Of a stretch of 64,000 nt of DNA, positions 1 to 13,625 are shown one piece after another. Under the pieces are notes generated by a model that was not told the origin of the DNA, ran no database searches, and was given only the letters and a program-made list of their open reading frames with translations. Positions within the stretch are counted from its first letter, which is position 1; every line of letters starts with the position of its first letter. The position numbers were made by a program, and so were the translations under genes. Source of the DNA: Octopus sinensis (lineage: Eukaryota); NCBI RefSeq assembly GCF_006345805.1, contig NC_043008.1, forward strand, positions 13,888,001 through 13,952,000. Reading direction: 5' to 3'.

Positions 1-32
1 AGATTGAACGACGAAGGAAAATTCCAAGATCA

Positions 33-200
33 TTCAATTCAATTTTTTCAATTCAATTCAATTCAATTCAATTTTTATTGGCTCAAAAAGCAAAAGCAAG
101 GCCATGTAGGGGGACAGGGAGTTATGTACATGGAGGGTAGTCATACAAAGAGATCAGGCCATTTCTGGTCAAGAGAGACTTTGAACCGAGCGATCGTCGG
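33..200 (-). mobile_element. 5'-truncated LINE 3' end (CR1/L2-like) with (TTGAA)n tail
   Basis: Minus strand reads ...TIARFKVSLDQKWPDLFV* (stop at 141-143), resembling the CR1/L2 ORF2 C-terminal 'FKxxLDxxW' motif. It is followed by a short 3' UTR, AATAAA (74-79) and a (TTGAA)n tail (33-71). Confidence 0.6.
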
Positions 201-862
201 TTACAAATGTACATCGATATGCAAGCAGTAAACCTGCAGTCCAAGTAATTTATTGCGAAAAATTAGTGTGACCTTTGACGCATAACGTAGAAGGAATATT
301 AACTCGATAAAGTGCATGTTCGCTTCCTAAGAGAATAGTTATTATTTACATAACAAACTCTTGCAATAGTTTAATACATATTTAATTATTCCCATAAAGT
401 AAAATTGAGTCACTACACGAATAGATTTTAAAATATTCGGAGACAGTATTCTCACATTTAAAATACTCTAGAAATATATCTGTCCAATACATAACATTAA
501 TCATTTAAATGTACATATTTATGATTTATGGATTAATTATAGCCCTTACATCATTTATATGAAGAATTTAGCATTTTATAGATTACATTAATTATATTGT
601 TTGTTAACTGATTTTGTATTTTGAATTCAGAGTTTGAGTAGCCGCACTTTGCATTCTGATTCCTAAATTGTACTTTGCATTCTGATTCCTTCAGTGTGGT
701 TCTCCTGAAGGTGTCTAAGGCAGTGGTAAGGATTTTGCTCTCACGATGATTTATAATCGATTGAGAGTGATTTCTGGACCGACGACGCAGTGCGTTCTTG
801 AGCAAAACGTTTTAATTTCACGTAGTTTCAGTCTGCTACGTTGTAAATTTGTCCCAATTGAA

Positions 863-1150
863 GGCACGTGGCCTAGTGGATAGAGCAGCGGACTCGCGGT
901 CGAGGGATCGTGGGTTCGAATCTCAGACCGGGCGATGTGTGTGTTTATGAGCGAAAAACCTAAGCTCCACGCCGCTCCGGCAGAAGGTAATGGCGAACGT
1001 CTGCTAATTCCTTCGCCACAACTTTCTCTCACTCTTTCCTCCTGCATATTGCAGCTCACCTGCGACGGACCGGCGTCCCGTTCAGGTGGGGAACCTACAC
1101 GCCAAGGAAACCGGCCCTTGTGAGCCAGGCGTGGCTCGAGAAGGAACAAA
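863..1150 (+). mobile_element. tRNA-derived SINE (head C + tail i)
   Basis: A box TGGCCTAGTGG (869-879) and B box GGTTCGAATC (913-922). Head is shared with 43992; tail 'GCGACGGACCGGCGTCCC...GGAAACCGG' is shared with 19915. Confidence 0.85.
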
Positions 1151-2582
1151 CGTGTCCCTGAAGTAGCTGGTGAATTAACCTTGCGATGGAGTGGTGTCCT
1201 GTCAAGCAGAGTAGAATGTTGTAATCTCAATCACATATGGGCCAGGCAAACCGGCTCAAGCTTTTTATAAATCCAAGAACTTAGGAAGCACCGGACTTAA
1301 TAGTGATACTTATATTCAGTGCTCATATTTCGCATCTGGGCGGGAGATTCACCAAGAATCATCTATACAGCATTATTATTATATTGTTAACTTTCATATT
1401 GCATTATATTATTTCCTATTATTATTATTCTGTTATCGAAAAACTAATCGGTGACATACGTAGTTACCCTACAATTACTGATGCTGTCATAATCTTTCGT
1501 AAATGACCAACCGATATTAAAATCATTTATCATTACAATGTGTCGAAGCATGCACCAAGGTGAAAATGAAAACCAATGACCCCATACATCATATTACGTC
1601 ATTGGATGGAACTCTTGCATCAGTTTCTTTTGAAATTTAAATTAATTTGCTCCCACCTCGTTTTTCATGAGTTTTCCATTCCATAACGTGTTAGTGATTT
1701 GCTAAGTCTAGTAATTCACAATCCTAAGGAAAATACTTGCAACACATCACTAAGCTTGTATTGCGGCATTCATTTCCTTGTGCGTTTCTGCATGGCTAAA
1801 CTCCTGAATATATGTGTGGGCATATGAACGAAGAATGGCAAACTAATCAGAATCTCTTAAAGTCCTCCGTATCCACACGCTATGAGAATCTTATATTTTT
1901 GCTCGTCTGTGGTGAGGGTAAACAGTTTTCCGTTCCCTTGTCATTCAGGTAGTTTTCTTTCTCCTCAACATGTGTGTCTCTTTCGCTCTCACACTTACTC
2001 TCTCTCGCAAACGCTTTCTCTTTTTATTTCTCTCTCTTTCACTCTCTCCTTCTATCTCTCTACCTCGCTCTCTCTGTGAGGAAAAAAGGTACACTTTACG
2101 TTAAGAATATTCTTAATGGATAAACGGAAAGAAGGTACGTGAGTGAATGTGTTTATATATGCTACATACTTTGTAGGTTATCTTTATAGTTATGTAAGTT
2201 ATCTCTTAAGTTACCTCTACAGATCTTCTATAGAACTTAGAGCCATAACTGAAAGTTACAATTCGTGTCAGAATATGTCATTGTAAACAGTGCGATCGGA
2301 TATACAAAATAGGTGATCAGTACATATCCATATTTCAGGAATTTTTGCTCCTTATTTAGCGCCACATCCAACTCATCGATTATTCTAGAACAGGTCACTC
2401 ATATATCCATTGCATTTAGCTGTGTAACACAATTGGAAATACGAATTTTACGTTTTAAAAATAATCTTGGCAAATTGTACGTAGGTAAATATTAATTACT
2501 GGTAGGGAACCGTACTTTGATATGCAGCCATAATATACAACAAAGTATTGACTTATAAAATGTTAATATATTTGGTAGTATA

Positions 2583-2795
2583 CGGTGGCGAGCTGGCAGA
2601 AACGTTAGCACGCCGGGCGAAATGTTTAGCGGTATTACGTCTTGTCTTCATGTTCTGAGTTCAAATTCCGCCGAGGTCGACTTCGCCTTTCATCCTTTCG
2701 AGGTCGAAAAATTAAATTCCAGTTGCGCACCGGGGTCGTCCAAATCAACTGCCCCTCTCCCCTAAAATTTCAGGCCTTGTGCCTAGAGTAGAAAA
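2583..2795 (+). mobile_element. tRNA-derived SINE family A monomer
   Basis: GGTGGCGAGCTGGCAGAAACGTTAGCACGCCGGGCGAAATG...GAGTTCAAATTCCGCCGAGGTCGAC; more than 12 related copies in the window. Confidence 0.85.
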
Positions 2796-3283
2796 GAATA
2801 TAATTGGTAGTATATTATGATTGTATAATGAAATATGATCTTCTTGGCGGTACTTAGTAGGTATATACGTCCCAATTGCCTGGAACGTGTTCAATATGTA
2901 AAATTAGGGTATCCAATTGTGTTATACCATTAAATGTATTGTCTATTTAAGCAACGTGTGTTGGAGGGTTAATGAGTTTGATGTGGTGTTGTAGGAGAAG
3001 CAAGATCGCCTGGAAAATGCGCGTACACAGATTACCTATTTTCTATGTTGGACGTATTCGAATACGAAACGTCATAACTTTCATTACTAACTCTAATTTA
3101 TACAGAAAGTCTGTAGTGACATATATTACGATTGTAAAACTTCACTACATCCATACTCACACACACACACACAAAACACAGACATACACGCATATGTATG
3201 TATCTATCTATATTTATATATATACGTGTATGTATAAATGTTTGTGCAGTTGTGTATATATATATATGTGTATAACTTTATGT

Positions 3284-3321
<38 letters not shown>

Positions 3322-4141
3322 TACATATATTCTTTTACTTGTTACAGTCAATTGCCTGTGGTTAAACTGGGCACACCTAAATATACAAATATATACATAT
3401 ATATATACATATATTCATATTTGTATGTATACATAAGTATATATATATGCATATATACACACGCACACGCGCACGCACATGTATACTTATATATATGTAA
3501 ACTATCTTACATAAATACATACATAAATACATACATGCAGGTAGATAAATAGATAGAGAGAGAGATAGGAAGAGATACAGAGACAGACAGACAGATGCTC
3601 ATATTCACATTGGCTTACATGTATCCGAAGTAAATTACATAAGGTATCGATTCCGCTGCATGAATATCATATCTCAGTCCTATCAGATTGATCAAATGTC
3701 TCGCATCATTAGCTTTTGAACAAATTTACAATGATAAATGAGTTTATGTGTCTGTGCAACAGTACACCCTGACAACCAGTTCTATATCATATTTTACTTC
3801 GAATTTATGATTCGTGATATATAAAATTTCTTGGGATAATATTTGTTCGATATGAACTGAGGATAAAATATACTCTAGTTGATTTATTCGGCACCAATAC
3901 CCGCCTAAATCAGTGAAAAGTACCAAATGCTGACAGAGGTAATTTCTATTGTAGAAAATAGTAACTGAATCAGAGATGACAATGGCTGGTGCAAGTAGGT
4001 CTGAGTATATTACGTTTAAATGCATATGCATATATATATAATTAATGATATCGGGGTAATGAAGATTTTAGAAATGTTTAATACCAGTTTCCTAGCGTAT
4101 AGAAAAATTAGTGAATAGACTATATATTATTCAAAAAAATA

Positions 4142-4393
4142 CAGTGTACATTTAAACACATTAAGAGGTATCCATCACAGGACTCCCTTACGCTAGAAGG
4201 AAGGCAAAGTCCAAACCACTGATTAGGGATAAATTCTCGAAGGGAATGAAAAATATAAAAATAGATGGTAAATGTTTTTATTTTTTATTCCCTTCGAGAA
4301 TCTATCTCTAATTAGTGATTTGGACATTAGCTGTTCCTTCTAGCGTAAGGGAGTCTATGATGGACACCTCTTAATGTGTTTAAATGTACAATT
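4142..4393. mobile_element. Fold-back MITE with ~110-bp inverted arms (Tc1/mariner-type TA|CAG end)
   Basis: Left arm tgtacatttaaacacattaagaggtatccatc...ttctcgaagggaat is mirrored by attcccttcgagaa...gatggacacctcttaatgtgtttaaatgtaca. Related copies lie at 30155 and 52185. Confidence 0.8.
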
Positions 4394-5097
4394 ATCATAG
4401 TCTACATATACTTCGTATGATAAAAAATGAAATTAGCGACGATGTTTGTTCCCTTCATATTAAGAAAATAAAGAATTGGGCTGCTTAAATTTGGAGTGGA
4501 AAAGTGCAAAATAATTCATGCTTAAAACCCACATTTAACTTACGTTTTTTAATCAGTTCAATCAACCACCTAAAATTAATGGAAAAAATATATAGTTGAC
4601 AAAAATCAGTAAAATTCCCGATGCTTTTTGAACAGCTTGCAATATCACAACAACCGCAATTTCAAATCTGTAACAGATTGAATCATAAAATGATGCGCCT
4701 TGTATGCATTCCATCATCTGTATATATATATATATCATACATATATTCTATTATCTTTTGTCTACTTGTTTCGGTAATCAAACAGCAGACATGCTGGAGC
4801 ACTACTTTCAACAATGTAATCGAACAAATCTGCGACAGCACTTCATTTTTAAATTCTGTTCCTTTTTCTATCGGTTTCTTCCTCAAAACCGCAAAGTTAC
4901 GGGGACATATATAAGCGGAAGCCAATTGTTGTGCAGCAATGGATAGACAAACACAAAGACACACACACACACACAAAGTCAAACACACATAGACAGACAG
5001 ACAGACAGACAGATAGATATATATATATATAGATAGATAGATAGTGAGAGAGTGTTTGGGAGAGAATATATATATATACATATATATGTATGTATAT

Positions 5098-5275
5098 ACC
5101 CGACAGGCTCCCACCCAGTTTTCCACCTACCAAATTCATTTACAAGGTGTTGGTCAGCATGTGCTGTGGTAAAAACAAAACAAAGCACTTGCCCAAGGTG
5201 CCGCTGAGTGGAACTGAACCTGAAACTACGTGTTTGTTAAGTGAGCCTTTTAGCCTATCAACCATACCAGCACCG
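5098..5275 (-). mobile_element. Degenerate SINE family B 5' half
   Basis: Contains cacttgcccaaggtgccgc..gtggaactgaacc and ctaccaaattca, matching the intact family B copies. Confidence 0.65.
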
Positions 5276-5611
5276 CTTTTCACAAGTTTGGTGAAAAATA
5301 TAAAGAGTAAAAAAAAGAGCAAAAAAAAAACTTGCTGGTAGAATGCGGTTTTAATATAAATGTATCTTTCAAACGTGGCAGCGAAAGCATCATGTGTCAA
5401 GACTTCCTAAGACTTTTCAGTATGAGAATAATCACGTCTACTTATTGTCCATACAATATCAAGCTAAATTATATTTTGAAACGTTTAAATATATCGACAA
5501 ATATAAAATTGTCTTGTCTGACATAAATGTTAGGAATAACGTCAGATTTAAATATATATGCAAGCTATCCACATATTATTTTCTACTCTAGGAATTCTTT
5601 TCTACTGTCGA

Positions 5612-5826
5612 CAGAGGGCCAGTCGATTATATCGACCCCAGTACGCAACTGGCACTTAATTTATCGACGCCGAAAAGATGAAAGGCAAAGTCGACGTCGG
5701 CGGAGTTTGAACTCAGAACACGAAGACAGACGAAATACCTATTTTTTTACTAACCACAAGGGGCTAAACACAGAGAGGACAAACAAGGACAGACAAACGG
5801 ATTAAGTCGATTATAACGACCCCAGT
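5612..5826 (-). mobile_element. SINE family A fragment (tail 1 joined to second core)
   Basis: Reverse complement matches the family A tail (...gtttagccccttgtgg..agtaaa..aatag) fused directly to gtatttcgtc...core. Confidence 0.85.
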
Positions 5827-5828
5827 AA

Positions 5829-6250
5829 AGGCGGCGAGCTGGCAGAAACGTTAACACGCCGGGCGAAATGCGTAGCCGTATTTCGTCTGTCGTTACGTTC
5901 CGAGTTCAAATTCCGCCGAGGTCGACTTTGCCTTTCATCCTTTCGGGGTCGATAAATTAAGTACCAGTTACGTACTGGAGTCGATGTAATCGACTTAATC
6001 CCTTTGTCTGTCCTTGTGTGTCCCCTCTATGTTTAGCCCTCTGTGGGCAATAAAGAAATAGAAATGCGTAGCCGTATTTCGTCTGTCGTTACGTTCCGAG
6101 TTCAAATTCCGCCGAGGTCGACTTTGCCTTTCATGCTTTCGGGGTCGATAAATTAAGTACCAGTTACGTACTGGGGTCGATGTAATCGACTTAATCCCTT
6201 TGTCCGTCCTTGTTTGTCCCCTCTGTGTTTAGCCCCTTGTGGGTAGTTAA
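5829..6250 (+). mobile_element. SINE family A with tandemly repeated core+tail unit
   Basis: Head aggcggcgagctggcag, then two ~195-bp units starting aaatgcgtagccgtatttcgtctgtcgttacg (5866, 6062). Confidence 0.9.
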
Positions 6251-6804
6251 GACATATATATCGGCCCCAGTGCGTAACAATATCATGAAACGTTAAATGT
6301 TTAGTCATGGAGTAGGCAACTAAGTGTACAAAAAAAATCAGTTGTCAGGAAAGAAAACATATATCCATACCTACTTTAGAAACAGGTAAAAAAGAAATTG
6401 TCGTTAAACATATGTCTCCATATACAGAGAAAATATATTGCTATTACAATTATTTATACTTCAGATGTACGACCTTTTTTGCTATAAAAGCCCTAATATA
6501 TTTATTTATACATTAAATCTATTATATATATATATATATATCTGTTTATCCTATAAATATGCTATTATTCATATTTATGCAATAATGCTGTTCTCATACA
6601 GTAAAATAATGGCGTACTTTATCATAGTATAAATATATATTACTATGCAATGCTCTTTAAATATAGGTCTATATACACTTATACAATAGATATATTACTC
6701 TGCATAATTATATTTTAAATATACTTAAATACCTCTGTAGAATCATAGATGATAGAATCGGAAGAAAGTAAGTAGCAATATCTATTGTTAGTTTAGTTGT
6801 TCCC

Positions 6805-7150
6805 AGGGGGGCGAACTGGCTGACTCCTTAGTACGCTTGGCTTTATATTCTGAATTCAAATTCAACCGATGTCAGCGTTGGCTTGTTTTTTTCTTTTGAG
6901 ATTCATAGAATCAGTACTGAGGTCGATTTTATCGCCTAGTCCCCTCCCACGAAATTTCACTCCTTTACCTATAGTAGAAACGATTATTGTTTCTAACTCG
7001 ATGAGCTAGTAGAACCGTTAGCACATCAGCCAAATTGCTTAGCGGCATCCCGTCCGTCTTTACGTTGGGAGTTCAAATTTCGTTGACGTTCAATTGTCCT
7101 TTCATCCTTTCGAAGCCAATTACCATAAAAAACTGCCGACCTTGTTTCTA
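6805..7150 (+). mobile_element. Two degenerate SINE family A copies in tandem
   Basis: ggggcgaactggc...ctgaattcaaattc and gatgagctagtagaaccgttagcac...gagttcaaattt. Confidence 0.65.
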
Positions 7151-8399
7151 AATTTGAAAAGATTATTTAATTGTTCATTTAATTTGTTTGTGAAAATTTG
7201 GCCGTGAAGATAGACACTATATTTCGCCTTTCTAAAGTTAATAACTTACATTTTATTTTAGATATTGCTATGAATTAGCAAATTGGGGAGGATCGATATA
7301 ACTAATCGATAACAATCTTGAAGTTGGTGCCCACGCATATCTCTAATCCTGTATCAGAATAAAAGTATGGTTTACATAATTATACTATTTTTATTTCCAC
7401 CACTAATTTTGTTTAAACTTATTTAGTCCGTATTTATCAGTATTACTTTTTAAGCGTTGCATATGTCATATCTTTTCCAACTCACCAACAGATTAAACTA
7501 CCAATTATGTTAGAAATGGCCATAAAGAGCAAATAATGTAACACACACAAAAAAAAGGCACGTAGAATTTATTTATAAGACTTAAAATATACATAAAATG
7601 AGGAAAAGCAATAAATAGTGACAACTACAGGCCTCATGTCACATACACCCTCGCACGGTCATTACAGAAGGCCACAGATATCGTAATATAACAATGCATG
7701 AAGTAACAGAGAAAATAATCAACCGGCAAATGTCACGAACCGACACACAAAAAATAATATTATATATCAAATAGAAGAATGGAAGTATGAAATAAATGTA
7801 TAATAGAAAAGTATAAATAACCTGACTCAAAACACCATGTATGTGTATGTGTGCGTATGTGAATGGGTGTTTTGCATGTGTATGCGTTTGTGTGTATGAT
7901 GTAAAATTGGTAAAATAAAAACCTTTTATTACGAAGTCATAATAATTATTATAGTCGAATAAATATTGCATACAATGATATTTCGAACAAATAGATTAAA
8001 AGAGATTTAAAATCATTGTTTCCAACACATCCGTAATATTAGTCACTATGTTGCTGGCCAATGTTTCAAAACAAAATAAAAAATCCAAACAAAAAAAGAA
8101 AAAACTATAACAAAAAACATAACTCAACTCCAATGCGCATAGCTCTAGAAAAATTAAAATCTACAAAGTTACATCTAAGAGACAGGAGCACTATAATTAT
8201 CGGCGAAAAAGATAAAATTTGAAAAAACAGAAAAATCATAGATGTTTTGCATCTTTTGTGTTTATCTTTGCCTCTGATTGTATTTTCAACTGAAACAGAC
8301 TTTTAGCACGAGTATATTTTTGCTAATGGACTTTAATACAGAGTCAAAAGATCATAGCTAATTGCTATAAAATATATTGCGCCATTGTTCATCATAGAT

Positions 8400-8601
8400 G
8401 GCCACACATACATATTTACTATACATATATCTATATATATATATATACATGTCTGTGCGTATAGATATAGATATACATATATGTGTGTGTATATATATAT
8501 ATATACATGTCTGTGCGTATAGATATAGATATACATATATGTGTGTGTATATATATATATATAGATTTGTGTGTTATATATAGATATATATATGGTGTAT
8601 G

Positions 8602-8634
<33 letters not shown>

Positions 8635-8833
8635 GCACACACACATATATATATATATGATATTATACCCCAATATATATATATATACAACCACATATAT
8701 ATATATATATATATAATACACACATATATATATATATATTATACACACACACATATATATATATTACACACACATTATATATATATACACACACACTATA
8801 TATATATATACCACACACACAATATATATATAT

Positions 8834-8874
<41 letters not shown>

Positions 8875-9012
8875 TATATATATATATTACATACACACAC
8901 ACACATATATATATATACACACACATATATATATATATAAATTATATACACACACATATTATATATATAACACACATATATATATCACACATATATATAT
9001 ATATATACACAC

Positions 9013-9043
<31 letters not shown>

Positions 9044-9373
9044 TATATATATATAATATATATACACACACATATATATATAATATATATATACAACACA
9101 CATATATATATATATATATATATTACACACCCTATATATATATATATACACACATATATATATATATACACACATATATATATATATACACACATATATA
9201 TATATATCACACATATATATATATATTACACACATATATATATATATACCACAATATATATATATATACACACATATATATATATTATATATAATATATA
9301 TATACACATATATATATATATATATTATACACACATATATTATATATATATATCTATACGCACAGCATGTATA

Positions 9374-9404
<31 letters not shown>

Positions 9405-9660
9405 ATATATGTAATATATATCTATACGCACAGACATGTATATATCTGATATATATATACATATATGTATATATATATCTATACTCCAGACATGTATATA
9501 TCTATATATATATACATATATGTAGATATATATCTATACGCACAGACATGTATATATATATATATAGATATATATATACATATGAGTTTAGTATGTAGTG
9601 TGTATGCATATGAATATGTATATATATATTATATATATATATATATATCTAATAGATATA
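8400..9660. repeat. Compound (TA)n/(CA)n/(TG)n microsatellite array
   Basis: Directly visible; source of the YI/CV-rich ORFs. Confidence 0.95.
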
Positions 9661-9999
9661 TAGTAAACATTTAATTTTTTTCAGATATACATAATTGTAT
9701 ACGACTCAAGTATATGTAATAATGAGTGGCTAATATGTTGTAAGGTTTTAATTGTGAGAAAAATATGCGTCTGTTAATAATATTTCTATAACCATTGTCT
9801 GAAATTTCAAAACAAAAGATATACTAGTACAAAATTATATATACACATATAAATAACGCATATAGGCGTCGCCATTGTAAGTATGCACATACATACATTC
9901 ACACTCGTATATATGTGTGTAGATATGTGTGTGTGTACATATTTCCCTGACTCTTCCTTTTATCCGTCTCCTTTGCGCTCTCTTTATACGTACATGTAT

Positions 10000-10267
10000 T
10001 CATACATATATATATATATGGTTATATATATGTGTGTCTGTTTGTGCGTGTATGCGTACAATATGAACATACACACACAGACACAAACACAGATGCATTT
10101 ATACATAATTATAGCCTGGTAGATAAATCCACATATATACAACTATATACACTATACATACGTACATATACGTATGTATGTATATACACACATATATATA
10201 CATACATACATACATACATATATATATACATATATGCATACAAATATATATACGTACATATATATGT

Positions 10268-10302
<35 letters not shown>

Positions 10303-10385
10303 CACATATATACATACATTTATATATATATATACATATACATACACATATATGCATACATTCATATATTCATCTATATACATAC

Positions 10386-10438
<53 letters not shown>

Positions 10439-10455
10439 TGTATATATATATATAT
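10000..10455. repeat. (TA)n/(TACA)n array
   Basis: Directly visible. Confidence 0.95.
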
Positions 10456-10754
10456 TACTTAGTTTCTTAGTTGCTTAGCTGTACAATATATAAGAGATAG
10501 TAAACTTCAGGAAAAAACAAAGCTTTCTAGCCATCATTTTTTACCATTTATTTTTGTATTAATATTTGCTTGTTTTTTTTTGTTTTTTTTGCATATTGAT
10601 TTGTTATTTATTTATTATGTTATTTACTCAGCCAATCAAACAAAAGTATATTTCTTATCTCCGAAAGAGGTGATATGATAAAAAACAAAAAAAAAAACAT
10701 TTAAATTCTACTAACAGTAAGTACATCACAATGTAACGTAAGCAGATATGCAGC

Positions 10755-10892
10755 TACTGTTATTATTACTATCATTATTATTATTATCATCATCATCATC
10801 ACATTATTATTACTATCATTATTATTATTACTATCATTATTATTACTATCATTATTATTATTATTATTACTATCATCATCATCATCATTATA

Positions 10893-10924
<32 letters not shown>

Positions 10925-11445
10925 CATTATTATTATCATCATTATTATCATCATCATCCACATTATTATTATTATTACTATCATTATTATTATTATTATT
11001 ATTATCATCATTATTATCATCATCATCCACATTATTATTATTATTACTATCATTATTATTATTATTATTATTATTACTATTATTATTATTATCATTATTA
11101 TTATCATTATTATCATCATTATTATTATTATCATCATCACCATCATCATTATTATTATTATAATTATTATTACTATCATTATTATTATTATTATTACTAT
11201 CATTATTATTATTATTATTATTACTATTATTATCATCATTATTATTATTATTACTATTATTATCATCACCATCATCATTATTATTATTATCATTATTATT
11301 ATCATCATTAGTATTATTATTATCATCACCATCATCATCATCCATATTATTATTACTATCGTTATTATTATTACTATCATTATCATTATTACTATCATTA
11401 TTATCATCATCATCATCATCATCATCGTTATTGTTGTTGCTTTTG
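10755..11445. repeat. Compound trinucleotide array (ATT/ATC/ACT)n
   Basis: About 700 bp; gives spurious poly-N/D, poly-Y/H and poly-I/M ORFs. Confidence 0.95.
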
Positions 11446-11625
11446 TTGTGGTGTACGTTTTCAAAGTGTTACTTGAAAGAGTTTTTTTGTATTTACTGTT
11501 GTTTATAAGAGTACGTGATGTGTAAATGGGAGCCGATGCATAGACAACAGTTATGGTATGACAACGTGTGGAACGTTAGGCGTTCCTTTGAAGAATGTGT
11601 GTATATGCTTGTGAGCGTATACGTC

Positions 11626-11672
<47 letters not shown>

Positions 11673-11958
11673 GTGTGTGTGTGCGTGTGTGTGTGTACAA
11701 ATGCAGGCGATTTGTGTCACGTTAAAGAATATGTAATTCATTTCTATCACGCTTTTGTTTTGTTGATTCAAATATAAATGTGATGGAGACATTACCGTAT
11801 ATCCCAGTGGAAGAGCTAGTTACATACAATCTGGTGAGGTGTGTTTATTTGTTCACGTACTTAAAATCGTTATCAATTACCTAGAAGGTAGTAAGTTTGT
11901 GCTTGAATGGAATAAATTTACAATGAAGATATGTGTGGATGTGTGTGTGTGTGTGTGC

Positions 11959-12013
<55 letters not shown>

Positions 12014-12079
12014 CTCACACATATATATACATATAAACATATGTATGTATATATGCACATATATATATACATGTATACA

Positions 12080-12129
12080 TAGATAGATAGAGAGGCAGAC
12101 AGACAGATAATAGATAGATAGTTAGATAA

Positions 12130-12160
<31 letters not shown>

Positions 12161-12259
12161 TAGATAGATAGATAGATAGATATTTAGGTTGATAGATAGA
12201 TATTTAGATTGAGAGATAGGTAGATAGATAGATAGATAGATAGATAGAGAGATAGCTGA

Positions 12260-12295
<36 letters not shown>

Positions 12296-12345
12296 CCATA
12301 TAGATAGATAGATAGAAATATATATATATATATACAGACAAACAT

Positions 12346-12377
<32 letters not shown>

Positions 12378-12386
12378 GTAGATAGG

Positions 12387-12470
<84 letters not shown>
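12080..12470. repeat. (GATA)n/(GACA)n then (GA)n
   Basis: Directly visible. Confidence 0.95.
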
Positions 12471-12471
<1 letters not shown>

Positions 12472-12773
12472 ATCTCTACACTTTAAACATACGAAGAAAT
12501 GCAACGGCAAGTATGTTTCAACTTGGGCGGAATAAGTACACAACCCACCTTCATGTATTTAGTACATTATCTCTCCTGGTTCTTCAGTAAACTTTAAGGA
12601 CATACAAGTATGGATGTATGTGTTTATGTACATGCAGGGCGTCCGTATTTGATCGCTATAAAAGAAACATCACACGTCATGTAAGTGCAGAATATCTGAT
12701 AAAAAGTTATTGTGAAAGTCTTCACTTCAAGAAAACGCACAGGCACACAATCCCCCCCACACACACACACACG

Positions 12774-12823
<50 letters not shown>

Positions 12824-13184
12824 CAAACACATGCATTTGTGTATGTAACTTTGTGTATTGTCGGACGTGAATGTTTCATTGCTGAATGTTGAGACATTGA
12901 TCACTTTTAATCGGTCGCTGACGTCGCTTTGGCACCAGTTTCCCTACAAGGAGACATGTGGAAAGTAAATGCTGCAAAACATCTTTCACTATCTTTTAGT
13001 AAACCTGTTAATCAACTGCCTCTTGTGAATACCATTTTTATGAAATAGAAAAAAATGAATGCTGACGACAATGCAAGTACTGAGTCGACACAATCATGGT
13101 GTGTCATTTAACACGTCGATTTAGCAAAGTTTTCATACATAAATACATATATACATATATGTATGTTCGTATGTGCATTCTTAT

Positions 13185-13350
13185 ATATCACGTGATCACA
13201 TGACCGACCAGGCTATCAGATGTTACTACACATCGCTGGCAACAATGCGCGTCGCATTGTTTTAGCCTTCAAATGACGCCACCCCGCTGGCTAAGCGAGC
13301 AGGCAAACAGAAGAAAGAGTGAGAGAAAGTTGCGGTGAAAGAGTACAGTA
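13185..13350 (-). mobile_element. SINE 3' part (tail ii, ends ...GATCACGTGAT)
   Basis: Near-identical to 22820-22950 and 44218-44310; body shares caactttctctcactctttc with the SINE at 863. Confidence 0.8.
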
Positions 13351-13359
13351 GAAATTTGG

Positions 13360-13625
13360 GGAGAGGGGGCCAGTCGATTGGATCTACACCAGTACACAAC
13401 TGGTACTTAATTTATCGACCCTGAAAGGATAAAAGGCGAAGTCGACCTCGGCGGAATTTGAACTCAAGACGTAAAGACAAGACGAAATACCTGTTACTTT
13501 ACTACCCGCAAGGGGCTAAACACAGAGGGGACAAACAAGGACAGACAAACGGACCAAGTCGATTACATCGACCCCAGTGCGTAACTGGTACTTAATTTAT
13601 CGACCCCGAACGAATGAAAGGCAAA
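13360..13625 (-). mobile_element. SINE family A dimer fragment
   Basis: Same tail-1/second-core junction as at 5612-5826. Confidence 0.85.

Noticed and set aside
863-935. tRNA gene
   Set aside because: It has A and B boxes but no complete cloverleaf or acceptor stem, and continues into a SINE body.
3744-4031. Ig-like DxGxYxC motif (DLGGYWC) in a 95-aa ORF
   Set aside because: A four-residue motif is expected about once by chance in six frames of 64 kb, and the surrounding strand pattern and first Cys/Trp do not fit.
8333-10478. Numerous YI/CV/HT-rich ORFs (and similar ones throughout the window)
   Set aside because: They are translations of TA/CA/TG microsatellites, which lack stop codons in several frames.
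10701-11464. 214-aa poly-N/D, 187-aa poly-Y/H and 221-aa poly-I/M ORFs
   Set aside because: Three overlapping frames open over one trinucleotide array, with no unique flanking coding sequence or splice support.
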